Shown here: positions 37,601-49,821 of the stretch, one piece after another
How the letters are laid out: every line of letters starts with the position of its first letter
How positions within the stretch are numbered: position 1 is the first letter of the stretch
From: the human T2T-CHM13v2.0 reference genome, Homo sapiens
DNA length: 64,000 nt
Assembly (NCBI RefSeq): GCF_009914755.1
Contig: NC_060938.1
Strand: one strand, 5' to 3'
Program-made: the position numbers and the translations under genes
Notes under the pieces: generated by a model
What the model was told of the DNA's origin: nothing
Databases searched by the model: none
What the model saw: the letters and a program-made list of their open reading frames with translations, nothing else

Positions 37601-37733
37601 TGTACTCAAATCTTCGCGGAGCGGATCAGCGGCCGGAGCGTTTGGCGGACTCTGCGTGGTCTTGGAGCTCACAGCGTCTTGCGACTTGGAAGCGGATTCA
37701 GAGGACAGGACAGAACACTTGGGCAAGTGAATC

Positions 37734-37768
<35 letters not shown>

Positions 37769-37937
37769 CATTGGTTGGTTGATTTCCATTTTCTTAAGGG
37801 GCACATACCTCACACCGCACACACACAAACACACACACGCGCACACACACACACACGCACACACACGCACACACACTCCTTCCTTCTGCGAGTTAGAACA
37901 TTAGTAGGGGCCCCTGGGAGCTGCAGGTTTCCTAAAC

Positions 37938-39671
37938 ATGTCTGCACCTAAGAACAGTAGGGTCTTGTCTGGCTCTTCTTATGAACGGTCCCCCAGCCCG
38001 GACTCCCCAAGGTCCATGCGAGCCTCACCCAGCTTCTCCCTCTCCCCTCTCAGAAACTCAGGCTTAAGGGGAAGCTCCTCACCAGGGATCCGGAGCTACC
38101 ATTCACCATCCCCTAGGGCTTCACCACACTCACCTCTGTCATCACCAGAATCCCACAAGCTCCCATTTCCCTGTCCTCACCGTGATGGGCAATTAATGAA
38201 GCCATTGGGCTCTCCCGTGTCCTCCTCTGAGGATTCCTCAGAGTCCCCACGTTCATCAATAATATACCACATGTTCTTACTGCCACCACCCAGCAGCTCA
38301 CCCCCAGCTCTCGGGGGGTCTCCTGTGTCTCCCAGCTACTCTCCAAACAACCCCAGATTTCAGCTGGAGTCAGCCCCCCACACCCAGGAATCACCTACAA
38401 ACTCACGAGCCTCACGGTGCTCCACCCCCGTGTCTTTCATCTCTTCACCCCCAGGCCTCAGGGACTCTCCTGTGGCTCCCAGTTACTCTCCAGCCATCCG
38501 CAGGTTCCTGCGGGAGTCAGCCCCATCCACCCAGGAGTCCCCCAGAGACTCACAGGTCTCGGGAGATTATGAGCGGTCCCCCAGCCCTGACTCCTCAAGA
38601 TTCATGCCTGCCTCACCCAGCTTCTCCCTCTCCCCTCCCAGAAACTCAGACCCAAGGGGCAGCTCCTCACCAGGGATGTGGAAGTGCTCTACATCATCCC
38701 GCAGGGCTTCACCACTCTCACATCCGTCATCAACAGAATTCCACAACTTTACGTTTCCCTTTCCTAACCAAGCAGGACAGTCACTCATGTCATTGTGTTC
38801 TCCCGTGACCTCCTCTGGAGATTCTTCACAGTCACCTCATTCATCAATAATATACCATATGTTCTTACTGCCATCATCCAGCAGCTCACCCCCAGCCACC
38901 CATGACTCTCCTGTCTGTCCCAGCTACTCTCCAACTACGCCCAGATTTCAGCGGGAGTCTGTACCCCACACCCCAGAAACACCTACAAACTCACAGACCT
39001 CAGTGAGATCCTCGCCAGTCTCTCTCACGTCTTCACCCCCAGCCCTTACGGACCCTCCAGTCTGTCCCAGCTACTCTCCAACCACGCCCACATTTCAGCG
39101 CGGGTCAGTTCCAGGAACCCAGGGATCACCACCAAGCCCACCGCTTTCACTGAGTTACTCCCCAGTCTCTAGCACGTCTTTATCTCCAACCCTCAGGGAC
39201 TCGCCTGTCTGTCCCAGCTACTCTCCAAACACGCCCACACTTCAGCGGGAGTCCGTTGCAGGCACCCAGAAGTCACCACCAAACCCACCAATTTCACTGC
39301 GTTACTCCCCAGTCTCTCTCATGTCTTCACCATCCCTCAGGGACTCTCCCGTCTGTCCCAGCTACTCTCCAACCACGCCCACATTTCAGCTGGAGTCAGT
39401 TCCAGGCACCCCGGAATCACCACCAAACTCACCAATTTCACTCAGTTACTCCTCAGTCTCTAGCACGTCTTTATCTCCAACCCTCAGGGACTCTCCCGTG
39501 TGTCCCAGCTACTCTCCAACCACGCCCACACTTCAGCGGGAGTCAGTTCCAGGCACCCAGGAATCACCACCAAACTCACCAATTTCACTCAATTACTCTC
39601 CAGTCTCTCTCGTGTCTTCACCAGAAAAACCCATTGGCCAAGAAAAGTTTCACACACACACAAAAAAATAG
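37938..39671 (+). CDS. Copy 7: truncated 577-aa ORF reading through into flanking L1-derived sequence
   Basis: Repeat homology ends at 39624; new tail EKPIGQEKFHTHTKK* follows. Confidence 0.4.
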   Translation: MSAPKNSRVLSGSSYERSPSPDSPRSMRASPSFSLSPLRNSGLRGSSSPGIRSYHSPSPRASPHSPLSSPESHKLPFPCPHRDGQLMKPLGSPVSSSEDSSESPRSSIIYHMFLLPPPSSSPPALGGSPVSPSYSPNNPRFQLESAPHTQESPTNSRASRCSTPVSFISSPPGLRDSPVAPSYSPAIRRFLRESAPSTQESPRDSQVSGDYERSPSPDSSRFMPASPSFSLSPPRNSDPRGSSSPGMWKCSTSSRRASPLSHPSSTEFHNFTFPFPNQAGQSLMSLCSPVTSSGDSSQSPHSSIIYHMFLLPSSSSSPPATHDSPVCPSYSPTTPRFQRESVPHTPETPTNSQTSVRSSPVSLTSSPPALTDPPVCPSYSPTTPTFQRGSVPGTQGSPPSPPLSLSYSPVSSTSLSPTLRDSPVCPSYSPNTPTLQRESVAGTQKSPPNPPISLRYSPVSLMSSPSLRDSPVCPSYSPTTPTFQLESVPGTPESPPNSPISLSYSSVSSTSLSPTLRDSPVCPSYSPTTPTLQRESVPGTQESPPNSPISLNYSPVSLVSSPEKPIGQEKFHTHTKK

Positions 39672-40271
39672 TTTAAACTGAAAGAAAATTTTTTAAAAAC
39701 TTAATAAAATGTGGGATGCAGATAAATCTTTTCTTAAAGGTACATTTATAGATGTAATATACTGAAAATAAAAGGCTTCAATCAATGACCTTTAGGTTCT
39801 TTTTTAAGAGGCTAAAAAATGAACAAAGTATATCCAAATTAAGAAGAAGGAAGATGATAAAGATAAAAATGTAAACCAACAACATAGCAAATAACAAAAG
39901 TTGGAGCTAATTAATATACCCACAAATTGGTTCTTTGAAAAAAATTTTTTTAATAAACAATGGCTAGGAAGATTTATCTCGAAAAAATTTAGAGAAGCTA
40001 CATAATGTAGATAATGGGAATTAAATAGAGGATGTAACTACAGAACCTACAGACATCAATATAATTATGAAAACTTTAGGCCAATACATTTGACAATTAA
40101 AATAACATGGGAAATTATTTGTAAAACTAATTCTTAAAACTGATGCAAAATGAAATAGAAAAAGTAATAGCTTCTCTATGTATTGAAGAATTTTTTTTAA
40201 TTTAAAAAGGTTTCTATACTTACAGGCTACATGCTTTCTTAGGTGAATTCTATCAAACATTTAAGAAGGTA

Positions 40272-40618
40272 CAGAGAGTCCTCAACTTACAGTGGTTTGA
40301 CTTGTGCTCTTCTGACTTGATAATGGTGCTTTCATCTGTGTACATTAATGATGAGCATCAATATGACCAGTTTTTCACTATCAGTGTAGTTTTCAATAAA
40401 TTTCATGAGATACTGAATATTTTAAAATGGGCCTTGTGGTAGATGATTTTGCCCAATTGTAGGATAATGTAAGTGTTCTGAGCAAGTTTAAGGTAGGCGA
40501 GGCTAAGTCATGATATTCAGTAGGTTAAATATATTAAATGCGTTTTAGACTTACAATATTTTCAATTTAGGATGAGTTCATTAAGACATAAGACAATTGT
40601 AAGTTGAGGAATATCTAT
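40272..40618 (-). mobile_element. MER47A-like (TcMar-Tigger) DNA transposon
   Basis: Terminal inverted repeats tcctcaacttaca / tgtaagttgagga; internal gatgattttgcccaa...gtaagtgttctgagc. Confidence 0.75.
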
Positions 40619-40662
40619 AATATCAATCTTGAACGGACTCTTTTTAAGAAATAGAATTTAAG

Positions 40663-40963
40663 GGCCGGGCACAGTGGCTCACACATGTAATCCCAGCACT
40701 TTGGGAGGCCAAGACGGGCAGATCACCTGGGGTCAGGAGTTTGAGACCAACCTGACCAGCATGGAGAAACCCCCGTCTCTACTAAAAGTACATAATTAGC
40801 AGGGCGTGGTGGCGCTTACCTGTAATCCCAGCTCCTTGGGAGACAGAGGCAGGAGAATAGCTTGAATCTGGGAGGCAGAGATTGTGGAGAGCCTAAATTG
40901 TGCCATTGCACTCCAGCCTGGGCAACAAGAGTGAATCTCCGTCTCAAAAAAAAAAAAAAAAAA
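40663..40963 (+). mobile_element. AluS
   Basis: ggccgggcacagtggctcac...poly-A tail. Confidence 0.95.
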
Positions 40964-42811
40964 GAAAGAAAATTTAAAGGGACATTTCCTATCTTATTTT
41001 ATGAACCCAGTATTGCCGATTCCAAATCGAGACAAAGGCATTATACAACTTTGATGTTTATCCCTCATAAACATAGACTCAAAAGTCCTTAAAACATAAT
41101 AACCAATTGAATGTAGCAGTACATAGAATGGATAATAAACTGTGAACAAATTAATTTTCTAGCAAGATTGCAAAGTTAATTTATTATTTGAAAGATCAGT
41201 TTAATCAATTTTATTCACCTGGATGGTTACATCTGGCAAAACTCAGCAAACTGTGCACTTTAAAATAGTATTTATTTTATGTAAATTATGTTTCAATACA
41301 ATGGATTTAAAAAAAAAAACGTTTCCCAGAGTGATCAAAGTTGAGGGCAGGGAACAGTAAACATCAGTGCTTATGTTATAGCTACTAGAAGCCTCCCAAT
41401 TCCAACGACATGCTTTCAAGCAGGTCTGATCCTTCCCCTGGAGGATACCTCTGACCCAGGTGTGCTACAAATGCATTGCCCCTAGTTGCTTCTGTCACCT
41501 TAGTGATGGAAGTGACAACAGGGTACTGGAGAAAGAAAAGGTGTACAGGGTTCCAAATATACATTCTATTTCCAAAGGACATTTGTGAAGCCAGTGAAAA
41601 GCGAACAAACAAGCTGCTAAATAAGTCACAAGTGTGTTCTCATACAGTTTTGCGATTAACTAAATAGGACATTCAACAGATAAAATTTGTTTTACATAGT
41701 TACTCCTCTAATAGGATGAACTTGTGGATTGTGAGATAGAGCTGATATAACCTGTTTTCTCTCTGCCTCTTTTTTTTCCCCCAAGTTTTGTGTGCAATAC
41801 ATTAGGAAAAATATAATTGGGCTACAAAGCTACAAAAATGGCTTCCTGGCAGTTCCATGCTTGTTTCCATGTGGTGCCTATATTTGGCACTGTGTTCTCA
41901 TTTGCACTTTCCTGCTTGATTAGTTAATGTATGAAGGACAAGCCTGATCTCTACTGTGAATTTTTACCAAGGTATTCTAGTAGAAAAATGAGTATGTAAT
42001 GGTGCTGTGGCATGCTAAAGTGTGTAAAACATTAAGAATCTAAAAATATGCTGATTTCCAAGTTTTGTCCCAGAGCAACTGTGCACTCTGATTATATCGC
42101 TACTGCTATTTAAAGTTATCCATTTGCATGTCTAAAAAATAGATTCATACTGATTGTCCCATTTTGATCTCAAAAAACTCCGGAATATGAGAGTCGTGAT
42201 CAAGGGACGCTTCATGAAATGTTCCAAAGTTAAAGTGTGCAATGAAACCAGATTTATCATAGCCTTATTTAAAATAATTATTTCTAAAATTATTATTGTT
42301 TAATTATAAACGGTATCCTTTCAGGATACTTGGAAGATCCATAGCAGTGCTTTTATTTTCACAGAACAAGCATAAATTATTTATGAAATAATAACTCAGA
42401 TACAGAGATTACTTCCTATTGGCCTTACATATGAATATAAATAAATACATATTATGAACATGAGCATACTTATTTTATAATTATGTAAATGTGTGTGTAA
42501 TGTTATATATAAGTTCAATAAAGTCATGCTTATACATGGTTTCAATTCATGCTTCTAAAAACCACTCAATGTAGTCATTATCATATGTTAATAAATAATC
42601 TCTGAAAATGTGCTTCTAGTAGTTTCACAATATCCCATCATAAAGATTGTCATGCTGTTTTTAAGTCATACTTTTGGGTATATAAGTTATATCTGATATT
42701 TTTCTGCTACATATATACTATTATAAATCTATTAGTAGCTGATTTTTTGTCAACACATATGATTGTTTCCTCACAATAGTACAAGAGTTGGTTGTAACTT
42801 TATTTCCTTCC

Positions 42812-44960
42812 AACATTTATTTTAGGTTCAGCGGGTACATGTGCAGGTTTATTATATGGGTAAAATGTGTGTCAATGGGATTTGGTGTACAGATTAGGTA
42901 GTCATCCAGGTAGTGAACGTAATATCTAATAGGGAGTTTTTTGATCCTCACTCTCCACCAACCCTCCACCCACAGTAGACCTTGTGTCTATTGTTCCCTT
43001 CTCTGTGTCCATGTGGACTCAATGTTTAGCCCCCACTTATAAGTGAGAACATGCAGTGTTTGTTTGGTTTTCTGTTCCTTCATTAATTCACTTAGAATAA
43101 TGGTCTCCAGCTCCATTCATGTTGCTGCAAAAGACATTATTTCATCCTATTTTATAGGTGTGTAGTATTCCATGGTGTATGTACGCTGCATTTTTTTAAT
43201 CCAGTCTTCTGTTAACAGGCATCTAAGTTGATTCCGTGTCTTTGCTATTGTGAATAGTGTTATAATGAAAATATGCGTGCATATGTCTATGACAGAATGA
43301 TTTATATTCCTTTGGGTATATACCCAATAATGGGATTGCTGGGTTGAATGGTAGTTCTGTTTTAAGTTATTTCAGAAATCTCCAAACTGCTTTCCACAAT
43401 GGCTGAACAAATTTACATTCCTGATGAAACTGGAGACTTCCCTGACTCCCCTTGGCAGGATGTGCAACAGGGGTGTGGCTTGTCTGGCCACCGTGTGTGC
43501 TGTCAAACCCCTTACTGGGCAGGGGAGCATGCAGACAGGCAGGTGCAATAGGCAGGGCAAGTGGCCATGGTACTGTCTAGGGGTGGATTCCTGCGACTCC
43601 CACAGCCCAAGTGGGCATGTGTTACAGTGCACTCTTTTAGCTTTGCCATCCACAGACGGCTTAAGTGTTAACCTGTTCAGTGCCCTCTTGGTACCCAGTT
43701 CCTTGTCCAGCATCCAGAAAGAATTAAGTTGCACACAGACTTGAGGATGGTGAATGTGGGGGTTTTATTGAGTGGTGGAGGTGGCACTCAATGGGATGGA
43801 TGGGGAGCTGGAAAGGGGATGGAATGGGAAGATGATCTTCCCCCGGAGCTTTGCCATCCAGAGGCTGATCTCTCCAACCACTGTCAGCCAAACTCCTCTA
43901 GGCATTCAGATGCTCCTTCTCTTCTTTCTGCCACATCATTCTGCAATTCTGCTCTTCTGTTCATCTCCTCATCTGCTTGCCATCCAGAGGCTGATCTCTA
44001 CAACCACTGCCAGCCAAACTCCTCTTGGCATTCAGATGCTCCTTCTCTTCTTTCTGCCACATCATTCTGCAATTCTGCTCTTCTGTTCATCTCCTCATCT
44101 GCTTGTCTGCTTCTGGAGCCTGGGGTCTGGGGCATATATGGGTACAGGACAGGGGGTGCATGGTGAGCTGAAAGACAACTTTTGGGTGCAAAAGCAGGAA
44201 TGCCTGTTCCCATTTAGGGCCATGGGTTTCCAGGCTTGTGGGCAGGGCTTTGCCAGGGAACCACTCTCTTCTACCCAGTATTTCCCTGTCTCCTTTCTAT
44301 ATCACCACCAGCAGTGTATAAGCATTCCCTTTTTTCCACAAACTCGGCACCGTCTGTTATGTTTTGATTTTTTAATAATAGCCATTCTGGCCGGTGTGAT
44401 ATGGTATCTCATGGTTCTGATTTTCTGATAATTAGTGATGTTGAGTATTTTTTCATACGGTTGTTTGCCATACATACGTTGTATTTTGAAAAAAGAATTC
44501 ACAGACGGCTTAAGTGTTAACCCGTTCAGTGCCCTCTTGGTATCCAAGTCCTTGTCCAGCATTCAGAAAGAAGTTGCACATGGACTTGAGGATGGTGAAT
44601 GTGGGGGCTCATGTTCTTTGCCTATTTGTAGTGGGTTTGTTTTTTGCTTATTGATTCTTTATACATGCTAAGTATTAGACCTTTTTCAGATATGTAATTT
44701 GAAAATATTTTCTTCTGTTCTGTAGGGTGTTCTCTGTTGATAGTTTCTTTTGCTGTGCTGAAGCTCTTTAGTTTCATTAGGTCCCACTCATCAATTCTTC
44801 TTGTTGCAATTGCTTTTGGAATCTTCATCATGAAATATTTGCCTGCGTCTATGTCCAGAATGATATTTCCTAAGTTTTCTTCTAGGGTTTATATAGTTTT
44901 GGGTCTTACATAAGTCCTTCATCCATCTTGAGTTGATTTTTTTATATGGTGAAAGGAAGG
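42812..44960 (-). mobile_element. L1PA15/16-like 3' fragment interrupted by a MER50 LTR
   Basis: ggtacatgtgcaggttt...ccccacttataagtgagaacatgc...atttacattc | ccaccagcagtgtataagc resumes after the LTR. Confidence 0.8.
43422..44304 (-). mobile_element. MER50 (ERV1) solo LTR
   Basis: Reverse strand begins TGATATAGAAAGGAGACAGGGAAATACTGGGTAGAAGAG and ends ...GTTTCA(TCA); AATAAA on the minus strand. Confidence 0.8.
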
Positions 44961-47900
44961 GAGTGTACATGCCCCTGTGATATTGTTCCTAATATCCAGG
45001 TTGGGAGAGGATATTATACTCAATATTGCAGGAAGTGTCGACCACCCTGAATATTGCTTTTAATATCCGGGGAGAGAGGGTGATATTACTCCCAATATCA
45101 TCCTCTCCCCCCACACCCTGCATAGTACAAGCAATATCAAAGGGGGTCTGTGCAACACCTGCAATATTGGGAGTAATATCCTCCCCCAACATGGATATTA
45201 GAAACAGTATCACAAGGGGTTGTACACCACCTGTGATATTATGGAGTACTATCATTTTCTTTCCCCATGGATATGTAGAACAATATCACAAAGGTGGTGT
45301 ACAACCCCTGCTATATTGGGAGTAATACTGTACTTTCCCCACCTAGATATTAGGAACAATATCACGGGGGGTTATACACCACTGCAACATTGGGAGTAAT
45401 ATCATCCTTTCCCTCCCTGGATATTAGGAACAATACCTCATGGGTGTGTACACCCTGTTCCATATTGGGATTAATATTTTCTCCCTTGCTGGACATAAGG
45501 AAAAATATAACGGGGGGTATACACTCCTTATGATATTGCCAGTAATATTATAGACTCCCCAAAGGGATATTAGAAAAAGTATCAGAGAGGGGTGTACATC
45601 CCCTGCGATATTGGGAATAATATTCTTTCATCCCTGGATATTAGGAATAATATCACAAAGGGGTTTTATATCCCCCGTGACATTTTAATTAATATCATCT
45701 TCCCCACTGAATATTAGGAACAAATTCCCAGGGGTGGTACACCACCTGCAATATGGACAGCTATATCATTGTCTCTCCCCCGAATATAAGGAACAATATC
45801 ACAAGGGGGTTGTACAACCCCTGTGATATTGGGAGTAACTTTATACCCTTTCCACATGGATATTAGGAACAATATCACAGGGTGGGTGTACACCCACTGC
45901 GATATTGGGAGTAATATCATCCTCCACCCCCTGGGTATTATGAACAATATCATGGGGAGGGGGTGTATGTCCTCTGTGATATTGGGAGTAATATCATCCT
46001 GTCCCCTCTGGATATTAGGAATGATATCACAGCGGGGCTGTACCTTTTCTGCACTATTGGGAGTGGTATCACCCCCTCCCCCTATGGATATTAGGAACAG
46101 TATCACAAAGGGGGTGTACACATCCTGTGATATTGAGAGTAATATTGTCCACTCTTCCCTGGGATATTAGGAACAATATCACAGGCAGAGTGTACACCCC
46201 CTGCTATTTTACCTGTAATATTATTCTCATCCAACTTGGATATTAGGAATAATATAACAGGAGGGGTGTACACCACCTGTGATATTGGGAGTAATATCAT
46301 TCTCTCCCCCCATGGATATTGAGAACAATATCACTGGGGCGGTTTACACTTCCTGCGCCATTTAGAGTAATATCATCCTTTTCCCCCATGGATATTAGGA
46401 ACGATATCGCATGGGAAGTGTACACGCCCGCCATATTGGGAGTAATATTTTCTCCCTTGCTGGACATTAGGAACAATATCACGGGAATGCACACACCCTG
46501 CGATATTGCCAGTAATATTGTAGTCTCCTCCCAGGATATTAGGAACAATATCACAAGGGGGGTGTACATGCCCTGTGATATTGGAAGTAATATCATCGAC
46601 TCCCCCCACGGATATTAGTAACAACATCAGAAGGGGTGTACACCCCTTGCGATATTTATAGTACTATCATCCTATACCCCCTGGATATTAGGAACAATAC
46701 AATGGAGGGGTGTATACCCACTGTGATATTGGGAGTAATTTCATCCTCTACCCCTTGGATGTTAGGAGCAGTATCACAAGGGGGGTGTCCACCCTCTGTG
46801 ATATTAAAAATAATACCATTCTCTCCTTCTCTGGATACTAGGAATAATATCACAGTGCTGGTGTGCACCCTTTACACTATTTGGAGCAATATCACCCTCT
46901 CCCCAACTTGATATTAGAGACAATATCATGGGGGGTGGCGTGTAACACCCTGCACTGTTGGGAGTACTATCATCTATTCTTCCCCTGGATATAAGAAACA
47001 GTATCACAGAAGGGGTCTACACCTCCTGAGATTTTGGGAGTAATATCATCCTCTCCAAATCTGGATATTAAGAACAGTATAATGGGGTGTAGGGAGTAAT
47101 ATGGTGGGAGTAATACAATCCTCCTCCCCACTTGATATTAGGAACAATATCGCAAAACGTGTGTACGCCCACTGTGACATTTGGAGTAATATCAACATTT
47201 CCCCACCTGGTATCACGGGGAGAGTGTACACTCCTTATGATATTGGAAGTATCATTGTCTCTCACTCTCGATATTAGGAAAAATAGCACAGGGTGTGTAT
47301 ACACTTCCTGTGATTTTGGGAAGAACATCATACCCTTCTGTCTTTGATATTAGGAACAATATCACAGAGGGGATGTACAACTTATGTGATATTATAATAT
47401 TCTTTCTTCCCATGGATATTAGGAATGATATCCCGGGGGGCTTGTTGTACACACCCTGTGATACGGACAGTAATATCATTGTCCTTCCCCCTACATATTA
47501 GAAACAATATCACAAGGGTGGTATACATCCCCTGGATATTAGAAACTATCACAGGGGGGCTGTACAACCTCTTTGATACTGTGAGTAATACCATTGTCTC
47601 CCCTCCTGGGTATTAATAACAATATCATAGGGTGGGTGTACACCCCCTGCAATATTGGGAATAATATCATCCTGTCTTCCCCGGGATATTAGGAATGGTA
47701 TCACAGGTGGGGTTTACACCCCCTGCAATTTTGTCAGTAATATTACTTCTGGATGTTATTGAATATATCACAGTGGGGGTGTACACCCCCTGTGATATGG
47801 GGAGTAATAGCATCCTCTTTCCCACTGGATACTACAAACAATATCGCAGATTGTGTACAACGTCCTGTGATATTGTTCACAATATTTAGGGAAGGAGAGG

Positions 47901-48810
47901 ATGATATTACTCCACATATCACAGGGAGTGTTACATCCCCTGTAATATTGTTCATAATATTTAGAAGACGACAGGATGATATTACTCCCAATATAGTAGG
48001 AAGTATACACTACCCTGTGATACTGTTCATAATTTTTAGGGGATTAGAGGATGATATTACTTCCAATATCACAGGGAGTGTACACTGGTGATATTGTTTA
48101 TAATTTTCAGTGGATTAGAAGATATTATTCCGAATATCACAGGGGTTGTACATCCCCAAGTGATATTGTTAATATCCAGTGGGGAAGAGGATGTTATTAC
48201 TCCCCATATCACGGGGGATGTAAACCCGTTTGTGGTATTGTCACTTACATCCGGGGGGTAGAGGATGATATTACTCTGCATATCATAGAGGGTGCACACG
48301 GCTGTAATGTTGTCCATAATAACATCCAGAGGGGAAGAGAATATTATTCCCATGTTTCAGAAGGTGTACACACCCCTGGGATAGTCTCTGTAACATTTAG
48401 GGAAGAAGGGGATGATACTACTCCAGATATTGCAGGGGGTGTACACCCCCCTGTGATACTGTTCGTAACGTTTAGGGGGAAGAGGATGATATTACTCCCC
48501 ATATCGAAGGGATTGTACATCTCCCTATATATTGTCCATAACATCCAGGACAGGAGAGGATATTACTACTCCCCATATCACAGGAGGTGGACAACCCCCT
48601 CTAAATATGTCTAACATCCAGGCGGGGACAGGAGGATATTTTTCCCCATAACCTAGAGAAAGTAAACCTCCTGCGATTTTGTCCATAACATCCAGTGGGG
48701 AGAGGATGATATCACTCCCCATATTGCAGGGGGTGCACACTCCACTCTGATATTGGCCATAATATCCGGGGGGGGTGAAGTATGAAGTCACTACACATAT
48801 CGCAGGGATT
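44961..48810. repeat. SATR1/SATR2-like satellite with ~72-bp monomer and internal strand switches
   Basis: Monomer ggatattaggaacaatatcacagggggtgtacaccccctgcgatattgggagtaatatcatcctctcccc repeated dozens of times. Confidence 0.8.
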
Positions 48811-49113
48811 ATTAGTATCAGATTGTTTGAAGGACTCACAGTAAGGGTAGTAGTAGGGCGAGTTCTAACTCAAATAGGGGAAATGTGATGGCTACTAGAA
48901 AGAATTTTATGGAGAAGGGAATGTGGGCAGAGGATAGAGGGTCAAATCTGCATTCATAAGGGCTAGACTTTTCTATATATATTTATTTTATACATATATA
49001 TATATTTTTCTCTCTCTCTACATATATATATTAAGTTGTGGGAGCCAAAATGTAATAATTATTAGTAACAGGGCTAATAGGGTGTTGATTACTAGGGTTA
49101 ATGTTAGGTGAAT
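48805..49113 (-). pseudogene. NUMT: MT-ND3 partial, interrupted by a TA-rich expansion
   Basis: Reverse strand encodes [20 protein letters not shown] and [25 protein letters not shown] in the mitochondrial code. Confidence 0.9.
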
Positions 49114-49174
49114 TACTGTTTTTCGGATGCTATCAAAACTTTGGAAATCATGGTACTATTTATACTAAAAGAGT
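49114..49174 (-). pseudogene. NUMT: mt-tRNA-Gly pseudogene
   Basis: Reverse strand ACTCTTTTAGTATAAATAGTACC...TTCCAA..., lying between COX3 and ND3 as in mtDNA; small deletion 3' of the anticodon. Confidence 0.85.
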
Positions 49175-49714
49175 AAGATCCTCATCAATAAGTAGAAACA
49201 TACAAGAATAGTCATACTACATCTACAAAGTGTCGATATCAGGCAGCGGCTTCAAAGGCAAAGTGATGACTAGATGTAAAGTGGTATTTTAATTGGCGGA
49301 GAAGGCAGACTGAGGAATGTTGATCCAATAATGACGTGAATTCTGTGAAAGCCTGTAGCTATAAAAAATGTTGAGCCATAAATACCATCAGAAATAGCAA
49401 AGGGAGCTTTGAAGTATTCTGAGACTTGTAGGAGGGTGAAGTAAATATCTAATATAATTGTAACAGGTAGTGCTTAGATTGTATGTTTTTGATTATTTTT
49501 TGTTAGGCTGTGATGGGCTCAAGTAATTGAAACTCCTGATGCAAGTAATACAGATGGATTCAGGAGAGGTACTTCCAGGGGGTCAAGGGGAGAAATACCT
49601 GTTGGGGGTCAATGCCCTCCTAATTCTGGAGTAGGGGCTAGGCTAGAATGGTAGAATGCTCAAAAGAATCCAGCGAAGAGGAATATTTCTGAGATAATAA
49701 ATAGGACTGTCCCA
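49175..49714 (-). pseudogene. NUMT: MT-CO3 3' portion
   Basis: Reverse strand encodes [58 protein letters not shown] with TGA=Trp. Confidence 0.95.
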
Positions 49715-49821
49715 TCATTGGAAGCTCCTGCATACCATAAGCTACTAGAGGTCAGTAAACATATTTGTGTGTATCCTGGAGTACCTAGAAGACAGTCTTC
49801 CATGTAAGAAGCATTTTACTT

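Larger units (their letters stand above)
1..39624 (+). repeat. Tandem array of ~6.28-kb composite units (ACRO-type macrosatellite), 7 copies, last truncated
   Basis: ORF ATGs recur at 239, 6527, 12803, 19079, 25352, 31643 and 37938 (spacings 6288, 6276, 6276, 6273, 6291, 6295). Units are near-identical. Homology ends at ...tcttcaccag (39624). Confidence 0.97.
39625..41210 (+). mobile_element. Ancient L1M ORF2-region remnant interrupted by MER47A and an Alu
   Basis: A-rich L1 motifs (tgtgggatgcag, tggttctttgaaaaaa, actacagaacctacagacatc). Confidence 0.65.

Noticed and set aside
44989-48839. Dense cluster of ORFs on both strands
   Set aside because: These are translations of the ~72-bp satellite (VILFLIS/DIRNNIT repeats), not genes.
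49114-49174. Functional tRNA-Gly
   Set aside because: It is a mitochondrial-type tRNA inside a NUMT with a deletion beside the anticodon arm.
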